A stretch of DNA of 64,000 nucleotides from NCBI GenBank assembly GCA_963662945.1, contig OY759974.1, positions 384,001 through 448,000 on the forward strand. The letters run 5' to 3'. Below the pieces are notes generated by a model, which saw nothing but the letters and a program-made list of their open reading frames with translations, was not told the DNA's origin and ran no database searches. The stretch's first letter is position 1, and the number at the start of each line of letters is the position of its first letter. Position numbers and translations under genes: made by a program. Shown piece by piece: positions 31,328 through 40,162 of this stretch. This stretch comes from Arcobacteraceae bacterium. GTDB lineage: Bacteria; Campylobacterota; Campylobacteria; Campylobacterales; Arcobacteraceae.

Positions 31328-33008
31328 TTCTTTTAATGAGTTCTACAAACGCATCCTCCATTGTAGCTTCCCTAGAAACTTGTGCTATCAATTCATCGGG
31401 AGTTCCTAAGGCTATTGCTTTACCTTTATAAATCAATGCTATTCTATCACAATATTCAGCTTCTTCCATAAAATGAGTTGTCACCATTATAGTCATCCCT
31501 TTTTGCACCATACCATAAATATGAGTCCAAAATTCTCGTCTTGTAATTGGATCAATACCAGAAGTTGGTTCATCTAAAAATAATACAACAGGATCATGCA
31601 TTACAGCACACGCTAAAGCAAGTCTTTGTTTAAATCCTAGTGGTAAATCTCTTGATGCACTTTGTGTATACTTAGCTAAATCAAAAATATCAATCATATC
31701 TTTGATTTTTTTCTCTTTCTTTTTCCCTTTTAGTCCATAAACCCCAGCAAAAAACTTTAAATTTTCTATAACTGAAATATCTCCATATAAGGAAAATTTT
31801 TGGGACATATACCCTATTTTTGCTCGTGCTTTATAGGAACTTTTTTCTAAGCTAAGCCCAAAAACTTTTGCCTCTCCACTTGTAGGCTGCAATAATCCAC
31901 AAAGCATCTTAAATGTTGTAGATTTTCCAGCGCCATTTGGTCCTAAAAAACCAAATATTTCACCCCTTTTAATCTTAAATGTTACATCATTTGTTGCGGT
32001 AAATGTTCCAAATTTTTTTGTAAGATTTTTGGCTTCTATTAGATTACCCTCAATTGTTGGGGTATCTTTCATCTGCAAAGCTAAAGAGGATACTCCATTA
32101 AAATCTCCTCCAAGAATATTGATAAATCCATCTTCAAAACTTGCTTTTTCATCTTGATAAACACAATTTATCGCTTGTATATCTTCAAGATTTGGCAACT
32201 CTTCTTTACTGTTACAAATAATTTTAATACTATTTCCAAGGATTATTCCATCATTTACACTGTCATGTTGTAAAGCTAATTGGAGTGTTTTTCTTTTATC
32301 TTTAATATCTCCTATAATTTTGAAAACTTTTCCATCCATGTGTGCACTTAATGATTTTGGTTTTCCTTGAAAAAGTATTTTCCCTTCATTTAAAAGGATA
32401 ACCTCATCACACAATGCTGCTTCATCTAAATATGCCGTACTCCAAACAACTCCAATATCTTCTTTGATAAGTTCTTGTACCATTGCCCATAATTCTCTTC
32501 TTGAAATAGGATCAACACCAACACCTGGTTCATCAAGAAGCAATAATTTTGGTTTTTTGATTAAAGCACATGCAAGACCTAGTTTTTGTTTCATACCTCC
32601 CGATAAATCTTTTGCTAAAAATGATTGAAATAAATCTAGTGAAGTAAAGTCTAAAAGCTCTTGAATTCTGCTTTGTAGTAAATGTTTATCTATAAGCTGT
32701 AAATTTGCATAAAGACTAAGATTTTCATAAACAGTCAAATCTTCATATAAGCCAAACTTTTGTGGCATATATCCTATAAGACTTTGTATCTCTTTTGAGT
32801 CTGATAAAGTATCAAAACCTAAAACTTCTAACTCTCCACTATCTTTTTTCAAAAGTCCCGCAATGAGTCTAATAAGTGTAGTTTTTCCAGCACCATCTGG
32901 TCCTACTAAACCAGTAATTCTTCCACCATAAATATCTAAACTTATTGTATCAATAGCTTTTGTATCTAAAAAAAATTTTGTGATATTTTTAGCACTTACT
33001 AACAACAA
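31314..33008 (-). CDS. Dual-ATPase ABC subunit, YbhF-like
   Basis: GPDGAGKT and GPNGAGKS Walker A motifs, LSGGMKQK and LPLGFKQR. Confidence 0.92.
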   Translation of the reverse strand: MLLVSAKNITKFFLDTKAIDTISLDIYGGRITGLVGPDGAGKTTLIRLIAGLLKKDSGELEVLGFDTLSDSKEIQSLIGYMPQKFGLYEDLTVYENLSLYANLQLIDKHLLQSRIQELLDFTSLDLFQSFLAKDLSGGMKQKLGLACALIKKPKLLLLDEPGVGVDPISRRELWAMVQELIKEDIGVVWSTAYLDEAALCDEVILLNEGKILFQGKPKSLSAHMDGKVFKIIGDIKDKRKTLQLALQHDSVNDGIILGNSIKIICNSKEELPNLEDIQAINCVYQDEKASFEDGFINILGGDFNGVSSLALQMKDTPTIEGNLIEAKNLTKKFGTFTATNDVTFKIKRGEIFGFLGPNGAGKSTTFKMLCGLLQPTSGEAKVFGLSLEKSSYKARAKIGYMSQKFSLYGDISVIENLKFFAGVYGLKGKKKEKKIKDMIDIFDLAKYTQSASRDLPLGFKQRLALACAVMHDPVVLFLDEPTSGIDPITRREFWTHIYGMVQKGMTIMVTTHFMEEAEYCDRIALIYKGKAIALGTPDELIAQVSREATMEDAFVELIKRSDNE

Positions 33009-33022
33009 CTTGTTCTCTTTTA

Positions 33023-33988
33023 TTATTGAAGATTTGGAAATATAATAGTTACAGGCATCCCTTGTCGTATTTTATCATCTTGATTTTCTAAAATGATTCT
33101 AAATCTATATACTAAATCCGTTCTTAAATCTTCTGTTTGAACACTTTTAGGTGTAAATTCTGCTAAGGGAGAAATAAAACTTACCTTTCCTTTATAGACC
33201 TTTGAGGTATCACTATCTGTATAAATATTTGCTTCCATACCTTGTTTAATAAGTCCTAAATATTTTTCACTCATATAACTTCGTATCCAGTAAGTATCAT
33301 CTTTTGCTAACTCAATTACTGTTTGAGAACTATTTACTATTGCACCCTCTTCATAAACTCTTGTAAGCACTGTTCCACTTGTAGGTGCATAAATTTTTGT
33401 ATCTTGTAAATCTATCTCTTTTTGTTGTTTCATTGATTGTAAATATTCAAGTTGTGCAGTTGCTTCTAAAATATCTTCTTTTTCATAACCATTTTCTAAA
33501 AGTTCTACACTACTTTTAGCATATAAATAAAGAGCATTAGCATTGTCATAAGCCATTTTTACATCATCATATTCTTGTTCTGAAACAGATTTAGATTTAA
33601 AAAGTTTTTCCACTCTTTTTAAATCTTTTAATGCTTTATTTTTTGCAACATCTTTTTGAAGTAAAGTAGCTTTTGCTTTTGCTATCTCCTCTTTTCTATA
33701 CCCTTTTTGTAGCTTTTGTATTTTTGCCTCTTGGAGTTTGATTTGGGCATTGATTTGATTGAGATATTCTTTATATAGTTTATCATCTAATGAAGTTATG
33801 ATATCACCTTTTTGAACTCTTTGTCCCTCTTCAAAACTAATTGTATCAATTCTTCCTGCTACTCTAAATCCTAATGATACTGTTCTAACATCAACATTAC
33901 CATAAAACTTTGTATTATCACCCTTTGTATCATAGCATCCACTAAAATAAACCACAATTCCCACTATTAAAAAAAACAATTTCTTCAT
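33023..33988 (-). CDS. HlyD-family adaptor, YbhG-like
   Basis: YGNVDVR, FISPLAEFTPKSVQTEDLRTDLVYR. Confidence 0.92.
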   Translation of the reverse strand: MKKLFFLIVGIVVYFSGCYDTKGDNTKFYGNVDVRTVSLGFRVAGRIDTISFEEGQRVQKGDIITSLDDKLYKEYLNQINAQIKLQEAKIQKLQKGYRKEEIAKAKATLLQKDVAKNKALKDLKRVEKLFKSKSVSEQEYDDVKMAYDNANALYLYAKSSVELLENGYEKEDILEATAQLEYLQSMKQQKEIDLQDTKIYAPTSGTVLTRVYEEGAIVNSSQTVIELAKDDTYWIRSYMSEKYLGLIKQGMEANIYTDSDTSKVYKGKVSFISPLAEFTPKSVQTEDLRTDLVYRFRIILENQDDKIRQGMPVTIIFPNLQ

Positions 33989-34006
33989 TACTTGCCCTTT
34001 ATATTT

Positions 34007-35218
34007 TTAAAACAAACTTCTAAAAAATGAAAAACCAAAACTTATTTTAGTATTACTTTTATCATAATCTATTAAACTCTCGCCATATCCATTAAATACT
34101 TTTACGTACCAATATGTATTTTTAGAATTACTAACAGGAACAGACCAATCAAATTGTATCGCACCTTTATTTTCTGATTTAAAATTATTACGAAACATCA
34201 ATCCAAATTGATGTTTCCCATATAGATATTTTATATCTATATCTCCATATCCATAATAATCTAGTATATCTGGATTATCATCCCCTTTTGCATTAAGATT
34301 TGTTCCATTATAAAACTCTACACCTTTTCTATCTTCTGGTATTCTATACCAACCCTCAACTTTTAAAAACAGATTATCCCATTGCCAAAATGTAGCTAAA
34401 AACAATCTATCCCATGAACGAGAACGATAACCATCTTGCCCATTTGATTGATGTCTATACCCAAATTTAACTGCTTTTAAATTATTGAGTTTATCTATAT
34501 CGTAAGATGTTGGGATTATAACAAAAACTTCAGGAGTATAGTTCGTTTCTCTAAAAGGCGCTGAATCCGTATATAATTGCCACCAAACATGCTGTGTATA
34601 TCCCAAAGATATATATTCATTCAAGCCAAAAAGATCATAACTTAAATTCTTTTGTAAACTTAGTTGGAATTCAGCTTCTGTATTGCTTTCATATTGTTCA
34701 CTAGTCGATTGTACTGTTGAATATTTTTTTGTATATTTATTTGTATTATATGAAATAGGAAGAATATAATTAGAATGATAAGGTAAAATTCCAAAATCTT
34801 TATTTACTATTTTTCCTACTTCATCTTTAACATTTGGAGAACTTAAATCCATTTTACTAAATATAAACTGTAAAGCTTTTTGTTCTTCAATATCTTCATT
34901 TTCTGAAACAGTAGTATTAGTAGGAATTGTCGTATTCTGATCTTCTAATTGCGTAATATATGAATAAGTTGAAGAAGCTTTTTTATACCAATAGATAGAT
35001 TGTTCTAAATCTTTTCGTACACCCAATCCATTCTCATACAAGTTAGCTAACAAATATTGTGCTTCTTTATTTCCTTTTGTTGCTTCTTGAAGAATAATAG
35101 GATATGCTTGTTTGTATTCCTTGTGTTTATAAAATTCTAATCCACTATTATAATCTGACATATCATTTGCAAAAAGCAAAAGAGAAAGTAAGATTATAAG
35201 AGAAAATATTTTACTCAT
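34007..35218 (-). CDS. pldA: Outer-membrane phospholipase A with N-terminal Sel1-like repeat
   Basis: SAPFRETNY.PE, catalytic HQSNG...SRSWDR, GYGESLIDY; Sel1 repeat AQYLLANLYENGLGVRKDLEQSIYWYKKA. Confidence 0.9.
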   Translation of the reverse strand: MSKIFSLIILLSLLLFANDMSDYNSGLEFYKHKEYKQAYPIILQEATKGNKEAQYLLANLYENGLGVRKDLEQSIYWYKKASSTYSYITQLEDQNTTIPTNTTVSENEDIEEQKALQFIFSKMDLSSPNVKDEVGKIVNKDFGILPYHSNYILPISYNTNKYTKKYSTVQSTSEQYESNTEAEFQLSLQKNLSYDLFGLNEYISLGYTQHVWWQLYTDSAPFRETNYTPEVFVIIPTSYDIDKLNNLKAVKFGYRHQSNGQDGYRSRSWDRLFLATFWQWDNLFLKVEGWYRIPEDRKGVEFYNGTNLNAKGDDNPDILDYYGYGDIDIKYLYGKHQFGLMFRNNFKSENKGAIQFDWSVPVSNSKNTYWYVKVFNGYGESLIDYDKSNTKISFGFSFFRSLF

Positions 35219-35222
35219 AGTA

Positions 35223-35924
35223 TTATTTCACTTGGATATACCCATCTCCAAATAATCCAACCATTAAATCTTTTGTAATAACTTCCGCTTTAATCTTTCG
35301 TGTATCTGTATTAGAAAAAGGGTATACTTTTGATATTTTTTGTTCATATACAGTATCATCACCATCTAATTTATATTTAAAAACATCCCCTACTTTTACA
35401 GTTGAATGATACTTTTGATCAAACTCTAATATAAGTTTTCTAGCTGTTTTACTTTGTATTTGAAAAGCTGTTTTAATAACTTGACCACTTACTACATCTC
35501 CACTTTCAATCTCTTTTGAAATAATCACACCATCAAAGGGTGCTTTTAAAATAGTTTTGTCCAATAGGGCTTCTTGGTATTCAACTTGTGCTTTTGCATT
35601 TTCATAAACCATCTCATAATTATCAAACTTTGCCTGATCGATTAAGTCTTGTACTTGAGATTGTCTATCATAATCTTTTTTTGCATATTTTAAAGTTATT
35701 TCATAGATATGGAGCATAGCTTTTATATCCTGATTTTTTAAAATTGCCAATTCTCCATTTTCTTTTACGATACTTCCAACATCTACGAAAATTCTATCTA
35801 CAATTCCACTACTGTTAAATGCTAAATTTGCACTTTGTTTTGCAACAACTTGAAAAGTTGCATAAACTTCTTGTGCATTTAAAGCTGATATCAATAGAAA
35901 AAAGTAAATAATCACTTTTTTCAT
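35223..35924 (-). CDS. Short RND adaptor, HefB-like
   Basis: VYATF.V.A.Q, KTILKAPFDGVI, RKLILEFD.KY, MVGLFGDGYIQ resemble H. pylori HefB. Confidence 0.88.
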   Translation of the reverse strand: MKKVIIYFFLLISALNAQEVYATFQVVAKQSANLAFNSSGIVDRIFVDVGSIVKENGELAILKNQDIKAMLHIYEITLKYAKKDYDRQSQVQDLIDQAKFDNYEMVYENAKAQVEYQEALLDKTILKAPFDGVIISKEIESGDVVSGQVIKTAFQIQSKTARKLILEFDQKYHSTVKVGDVFKYKLDGDDTVYEQKISKVYPFSNTDTRKIKAEVITKDLMVGLFGDGYIQVK

Positions 35925-37156
35925 TGAATATAATCTTCTAAGTTTTTACCACTATGATAAATAATATTTGCTTTTTTAATCTCTAAATCATACTCAGATG
36001 ATTTTAATGCACTAATTGCTGAATACTTTTCACTTAATGCTTCTAAATACGCAACATTATCCACTAATCCATTTTGATATTTTTTCTCTATAGTATTATA
36101 AGTGCTATTTGCAGCTTTTAACGCAGATTGTGCTGAGATAATTTTTAATTGTGCTATTTCATAAGCTTTAATAGCCAGTTTTAAATCAATACTTGCTTTA
36201 TTTTTTTCATACTCATATTGTGATTTTAAAGAAAGATATTTTTTATAATTACTTTCATAAGTTCTAGTTGTTGCACCAAAATCAAATATCTTCCATGATA
36301 AATTTACTTTTAAAATATTTTGTTCGTCCATTGTTACACTATTTTGATATGCTGGATTATCGTAGTTAAAATCATAATCTGTATACGTATCATCTAAACT
36401 CAAAATTGGATAATTTGAACTTTTACTACTTCGTGCTGTTGATAATTGAGCATTCATTTCATGTTCTAATGCTTTAATATCAGCTCTTAAACTTTCTTGT
36501 TGCAATAAAACATCTTTCATTGTTGAACCTGATTCAATATTTATATCTTTTGTAGTTAAATATTGTAAATTATGTATAATAGTTTGTACTTGAAGTTCTA
36601 TTTCATGAAGTGTTACCGTTGCACTTTGTACTCTTGATACAATTTTATCTACTTCATCACTTGTTGTAGTTCCAACATCTAAAAATCTTTTTAATCTTTT
36701 ATATTGTGCATTTAATTGTTCTATCTCTTTTAACTTTGCTTCTTTTTGCGAGAGAAGAGAATAATAATTAAAATAATAAGTAATTACTTGTAATGCTGTA
36801 CTATTTTTTAAAGCTGTTAAACTTTCACTTGCACTACTTATTGAAGACTTTAAAGCATCACTTGTAGCACCTCTTGCTCCACCATCATAAACTACATAGT
36901 TTACATTTGCCCACGCAGCTCTTGTATTATCTGGAGTTGAAGTTGTTTCTTCATTTGTTTTTGTATATGTACCACCTATTGAAACAGTTGGGAAATACGT
37001 ATTTTGCACACTTTCATATTGATCTTTTACAGATTCAACATTATATTTTGTAGCCGTTATTAATTGGTTTTGAAAAGATTCTTCAACCAATTTACCTAAA
37101 TCTTGTGCATAAATTGTAAATGGAATTACAACTATTGGAAATATTTTTTTTATCAT
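35921..37156 (-). CDS. TolC-family outer membrane factor, HefA-like
   Basis: Signal peptide, two OEP repeats (YFPTVS / YPILSL; W.IFDFG; KYQNGLVD). Confidence 0.88.
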   Translation of the reverse strand: MIKKIFPIVVIPFTIYAQDLGKLVEESFQNQLITATKYNVESVKDQYESVQNTYFPTVSIGGTYTKTNEETTSTPDNTRAAWANVNYVVYDGGARGATSDALKSSISSASESLTALKNSTALQVITYYFNYYSLLSQKEAKLKEIEQLNAQYKRLKRFLDVGTTTSDEVDKIVSRVQSATVTLHEIELQVQTIIHNLQYLTTKDINIESGSTMKDVLLQQESLRADIKALEHEMNAQLSTARSSKSSNYPILSLDDTYTDYDFNYDNPAYQNSVTMDEQNILKVNLSWKIFDFGATTRTYESNYKKYLSLKSQYEYEKNKASIDLKLAIKAYEIAQLKIISAQSALKAANSTYNTIEKKYQNGLVDNVAYLEALSEKYSAISALKSSEYDLEIKKANIIYHSGKNLEDYIQ

Positions 37157-37749
37157 TTTTTTACCTCTATTAAATCAAATATCGTATTTAAGAACTCTTT
37201 TAGTTCATTTTTTATATTTTTCTTTTCTGTCCAAGTTATCATTAAAAATCCTTTTTCAACAGCTAAAAGACCAGTTACTAACTTTGTAGATTCTTGAATA
37301 AGTTCACCTTTTTCAATCCCTTCTGCTATTAATGTTTCAATAGTATTCTTAAAAAACTGTGAACACTCTTGATTAAATTCACACATATTATCATTTTTAG
37401 TTCCCAGATCAATACTAATATATTCTTTATAAATATTTTGATGCTTTTCAAACATCTCATTTTCATTTAATAAAAAGTCAAATAATAAAAAAATCTTTTG
37501 CCTAGTTGATAAATCTGGAGTTATCTGTGTATAAAGATCATCTTGATAGTTTTCTATATGAATTCGAATAATTTCAAAAACAATATCCTCTTTATTTACA
37601 AAATAATCATAAATACTACCCTTAGCTACACCAGCTTGAGCTGCTACTTCTGAAACGGTTAATTTTTTAATTCCTTTTTCAAGAAGTAAATCGATACATG
37701 AAAGAGCAATATCCTTTCTTTTTTGAATTTTATCTACAATAATTGCCAT
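37153..37749 (-). CDS. TetR/AcrR-family regulator
   Basis: HTH LTVSEVAAQAGVAKGSIYDYFVNKEDI. Confidence 0.93.
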   Translation of the reverse strand: MAIIVDKIQKRKDIALSCIDLLLEKGIKKLTVSEVAAQAGVAKGSIYDYFVNKEDIVFEIIRIHIENYQDDLYTQITPDLSTRQKIFLLFDFLLNENEMFEKHQNIYKEYISIDLGTKNDNMCEFNQECSQFFKNTIETLIAEGIEKGELIQESTKLVTGLLAVEKGFLMITWTEKKNIKNELKEFLNTIFDLIEVKK

Positions 37750-37765
37750 AAATACCTTTCTAAAA

Positions 37766-37797
37766 ATGAATGACCCGTGTTCATTTTAAAAATTATA
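37766..37797 (-). promoter_or_regulatory. TATAAT plus putative TetR operator AATGAACACGGGTCATT
   Basis: Imperfect palindrome at 37769-37785 at the predicted +1; matches the 19360 site. Confidence 0.65.
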
Positions 37798-37840
37798 TTA
37801 TTTAAATACTTAAAAAAAAGATAAATTCAATATATAGTTT

Positions 37841-38515
37841 TTATAGTGGAGAGATAACATATCTATCTACTTTATATCCGACTCCTTTATGATTTTGGAT
37901 AAAATCTTCTTTTAACACTCTTCTGAGACGACTAATCTCAGCTCTTATTGTTGCATCACTAACAAGATCAGAACCCCATGCATACTCTCTAAAAATATCA
38001 AAATCAATAATTGTGCCAATATTTTTACATAAACACTCTATGATACTGTGTTGTTTTTTTGTTAGTATTTGTACTTCATTATTATATAAAAGTTTATTGT
38101 CTTTTTTAAGGTAACTATAGTTTGGACTAAGAAGTATATGTTCTCTTTTTGTATTATCCATCTGTTCAGATATTTTTTGAACTCTTATAGCTAACTCTTT
38201 CAGATGAAAAGGCTTTTTAATATAATCACTTGCACCTAAATCAAAGGCCTCTGTAATTGTTTCTATATCAATCAAAGCACTTATAAAAATAACTGGAGTA
38301 TTACAATTATTCTTTTTTATACCATGAACTAAATCTATTCCATTTATATTTGGTACATTTATGTCTAAGATTAAAAGATCATATTGTGTTGTTTTCAAAT
38401 CATTTTCAACATCATATCCATCGCCATAAGCGACACACTTATGACCCAAACTTTCTAAATATTCTAAAATAGAACTTTGTAACATTAATTCATCTTCAAG
38501 AAGTAAAATCTTCAT
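37841..38515 (-). CDS. OmpR-family response regulator
   Basis: LLLEDE, LILDINVP, KKPF; winged-helix C-terminus (GVGYK). Confidence 0.93.
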   Translation of the reverse strand: MKILLLEDELMLQSSILEYLESLGHKCVAYGDGYDVENDLKTTQYDLLILDINVPNINGIDLVHGIKKNNCNTPVIFISALIDIETITEAFDLGASDYIKKPFHLKELAIRVQKISEQMDNTKREHILLSPNYSYLKKDNKLLYNNEVQILTKKQHSIIECLCKNIGTIIDFDIFREYAWGSDLVSDATIRAEISRLRRVLKEDFIQNHKGVGYKVDRYVISPL

Positions 38516-38528
38516 ATTATCACTCTTT

Positions 38529-40103
38529 CTATTTTAATTGAAAACTATACACAAATTGCGTTATATTATTTTCTGATTTTACGTCTATATCCACATGATT
38601 ACTATCACAAATCTCTTTTATTATATTTAACCCCAAACCAAATCCACCTCTTGCATCATTTTCTCTATAATATCTCTCAAATAATTTAGAAGGATTATCT
38701 ATAATATTCCCTTCATTCTTTATTGTAAAAATTATAGCATCATTTTGTTTTATCAATGATATAAAGATAACACTATTTTCATAACTATATTTAATAGCAT
38801 TTGATAAACTATTATCACATACTCTTTGAAGTTGTGTATCATTAAAAAATATATATAAATTATCTTCTATATGAAAATCAAAACTTAAATTATTTCCTAA
38901 GGCAATCTCTTCAAAAAAATCTAATCTAAATTTTAAAAATTCAGAAAAATTGATATTTGTTGGCTTATATTCTATTCTATCTTTTTTTACTAAATACGAT
39001 AAGTCATTATAGATATTATGTATAATTTTAGATCCCGCTTCAATTTTAGACAAATATCTATTCTCTCCATTTTTAAGTTTAAATAGATCTATGTTAGTAA
39101 TAATGATACTTAATGGTGTATTTATCTCATGTATTGCGTTTTTTATAAACTTATCTTGTTTTTGAACTAAAGAATGTGCAAACTGTTCCGATTGTTGTAG
39201 TTTCTTAGTTCTATCATCAACTTTTTTCTCCAAATTGGTATTTAGCTCTTTAAGTTCATTTATCATTAGATTAACATTAAAAGAGATATGTTCAAACTCC
39301 CTAAATGTTAATTTATCTAAATCTATATTATCATAATTTAAAGAAACATTTCTCAATGTTTCTTTAATATTTTCTATATCATTTTGTATCAATAGTGTAA
39401 AATATCTTGAAATCGCCATACTTGTCATAAACAAAGCAAATGCAAACATTAATATTTGAATACTATATTCAAATACTTTTTGTTTATATTCCATTTTTTT
39501 TTGTAATAAAACATTTTCAATATCATCAAGATAAACTCCACTTCCAATCATCCAGTGAAATGGTTCATAAGATATAGCATAAGATATTTTATTGGTGAGT
39601 TTATTTGTAGTTGGTTTGTTCCAAACGTAATCAACATATCCACCCTCTTTTTGTTTGGAAACATCTATCAAGTCTTTTATAACTAATTTACCATTTGGAT
39701 CTTGAAAGTCTATAAGGTTTTTTCCAGCATTCTGTTTTAAAATTGGATCAGCAATATTAATTCCATCATATGTATAAATGAAAATATAACCACTTCCATC
39801 TCTAATATCTCGCATATTTTCAATGGTTTCTACAATTTGATTCTTTATCTGTTCTAGAGGTAATTTATCCTTATATTTATTGTGTTTATACTGTATAAAT
39901 CGCACTGCTCGTAAGGTTTCATTTTTAATAAGACTTTTTTGGGACTTAATATACTCATCTTCAATCTTTATAAGCTCTTTTTTGTGTTCATTATACGTAT
40001 TTATAAACAATATAAGTGTAATGAACAATGTAATAGTAGCCATGAAAACAACAGTAATTTTAGTTACTTGGTTTATACTTTTATTTTTAAATAATCTAAT
40101 CAT
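38529..40103 (-). CDS. Single-Cache sensor histidine kinase
   Basis: Two TMs flanking a Cache domain (GYIFIY..., GYVDYVWNKP, WMIGSGVYLDD), HEINTPL, SNAIKY, GFGLGL. Confidence 0.92.
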   Translation of the reverse strand: MIRLFKNKSINQVTKITVVFMATITLFITLILFINTYNEHKKELIKIEDEYIKSQKSLIKNETLRAVRFIQYKHNKYKDKLPLEQIKNQIVETIENMRDIRDGSGYIFIYTYDGINIADPILKQNAGKNLIDFQDPNGKLVIKDLIDVSKQKEGGYVDYVWNKPTTNKLTNKISYAISYEPFHWMIGSGVYLDDIENVLLQKKMEYKQKVFEYSIQILMFAFALFMTSMAISRYFTLLIQNDIENIKETLRNVSLNYDNIDLDKLTFREFEHISFNVNLMINELKELNTNLEKKVDDRTKKLQQSEQFAHSLVQKQDKFIKNAIHEINTPLSIIITNIDLFKLKNGENRYLSKIEAGSKIIHNIYNDLSYLVKKDRIEYKPTNINFSEFLKFRLDFFEEIALGNNLSFDFHIEDNLYIFFNDTQLQRVCDNSLSNAIKYSYENSVIFISLIKQNDAIIFTIKNEGNIIDNPSKLFERYYRENDARGGFGLGLNIIKEICDSNHVDIDVKSENNITQFVYSFQLK

Positions 40104-40162
40104 GCTTTATTATAACACAAAAAATATTGTAAGATTATTGCATTTATGCTATGATATTTTTC

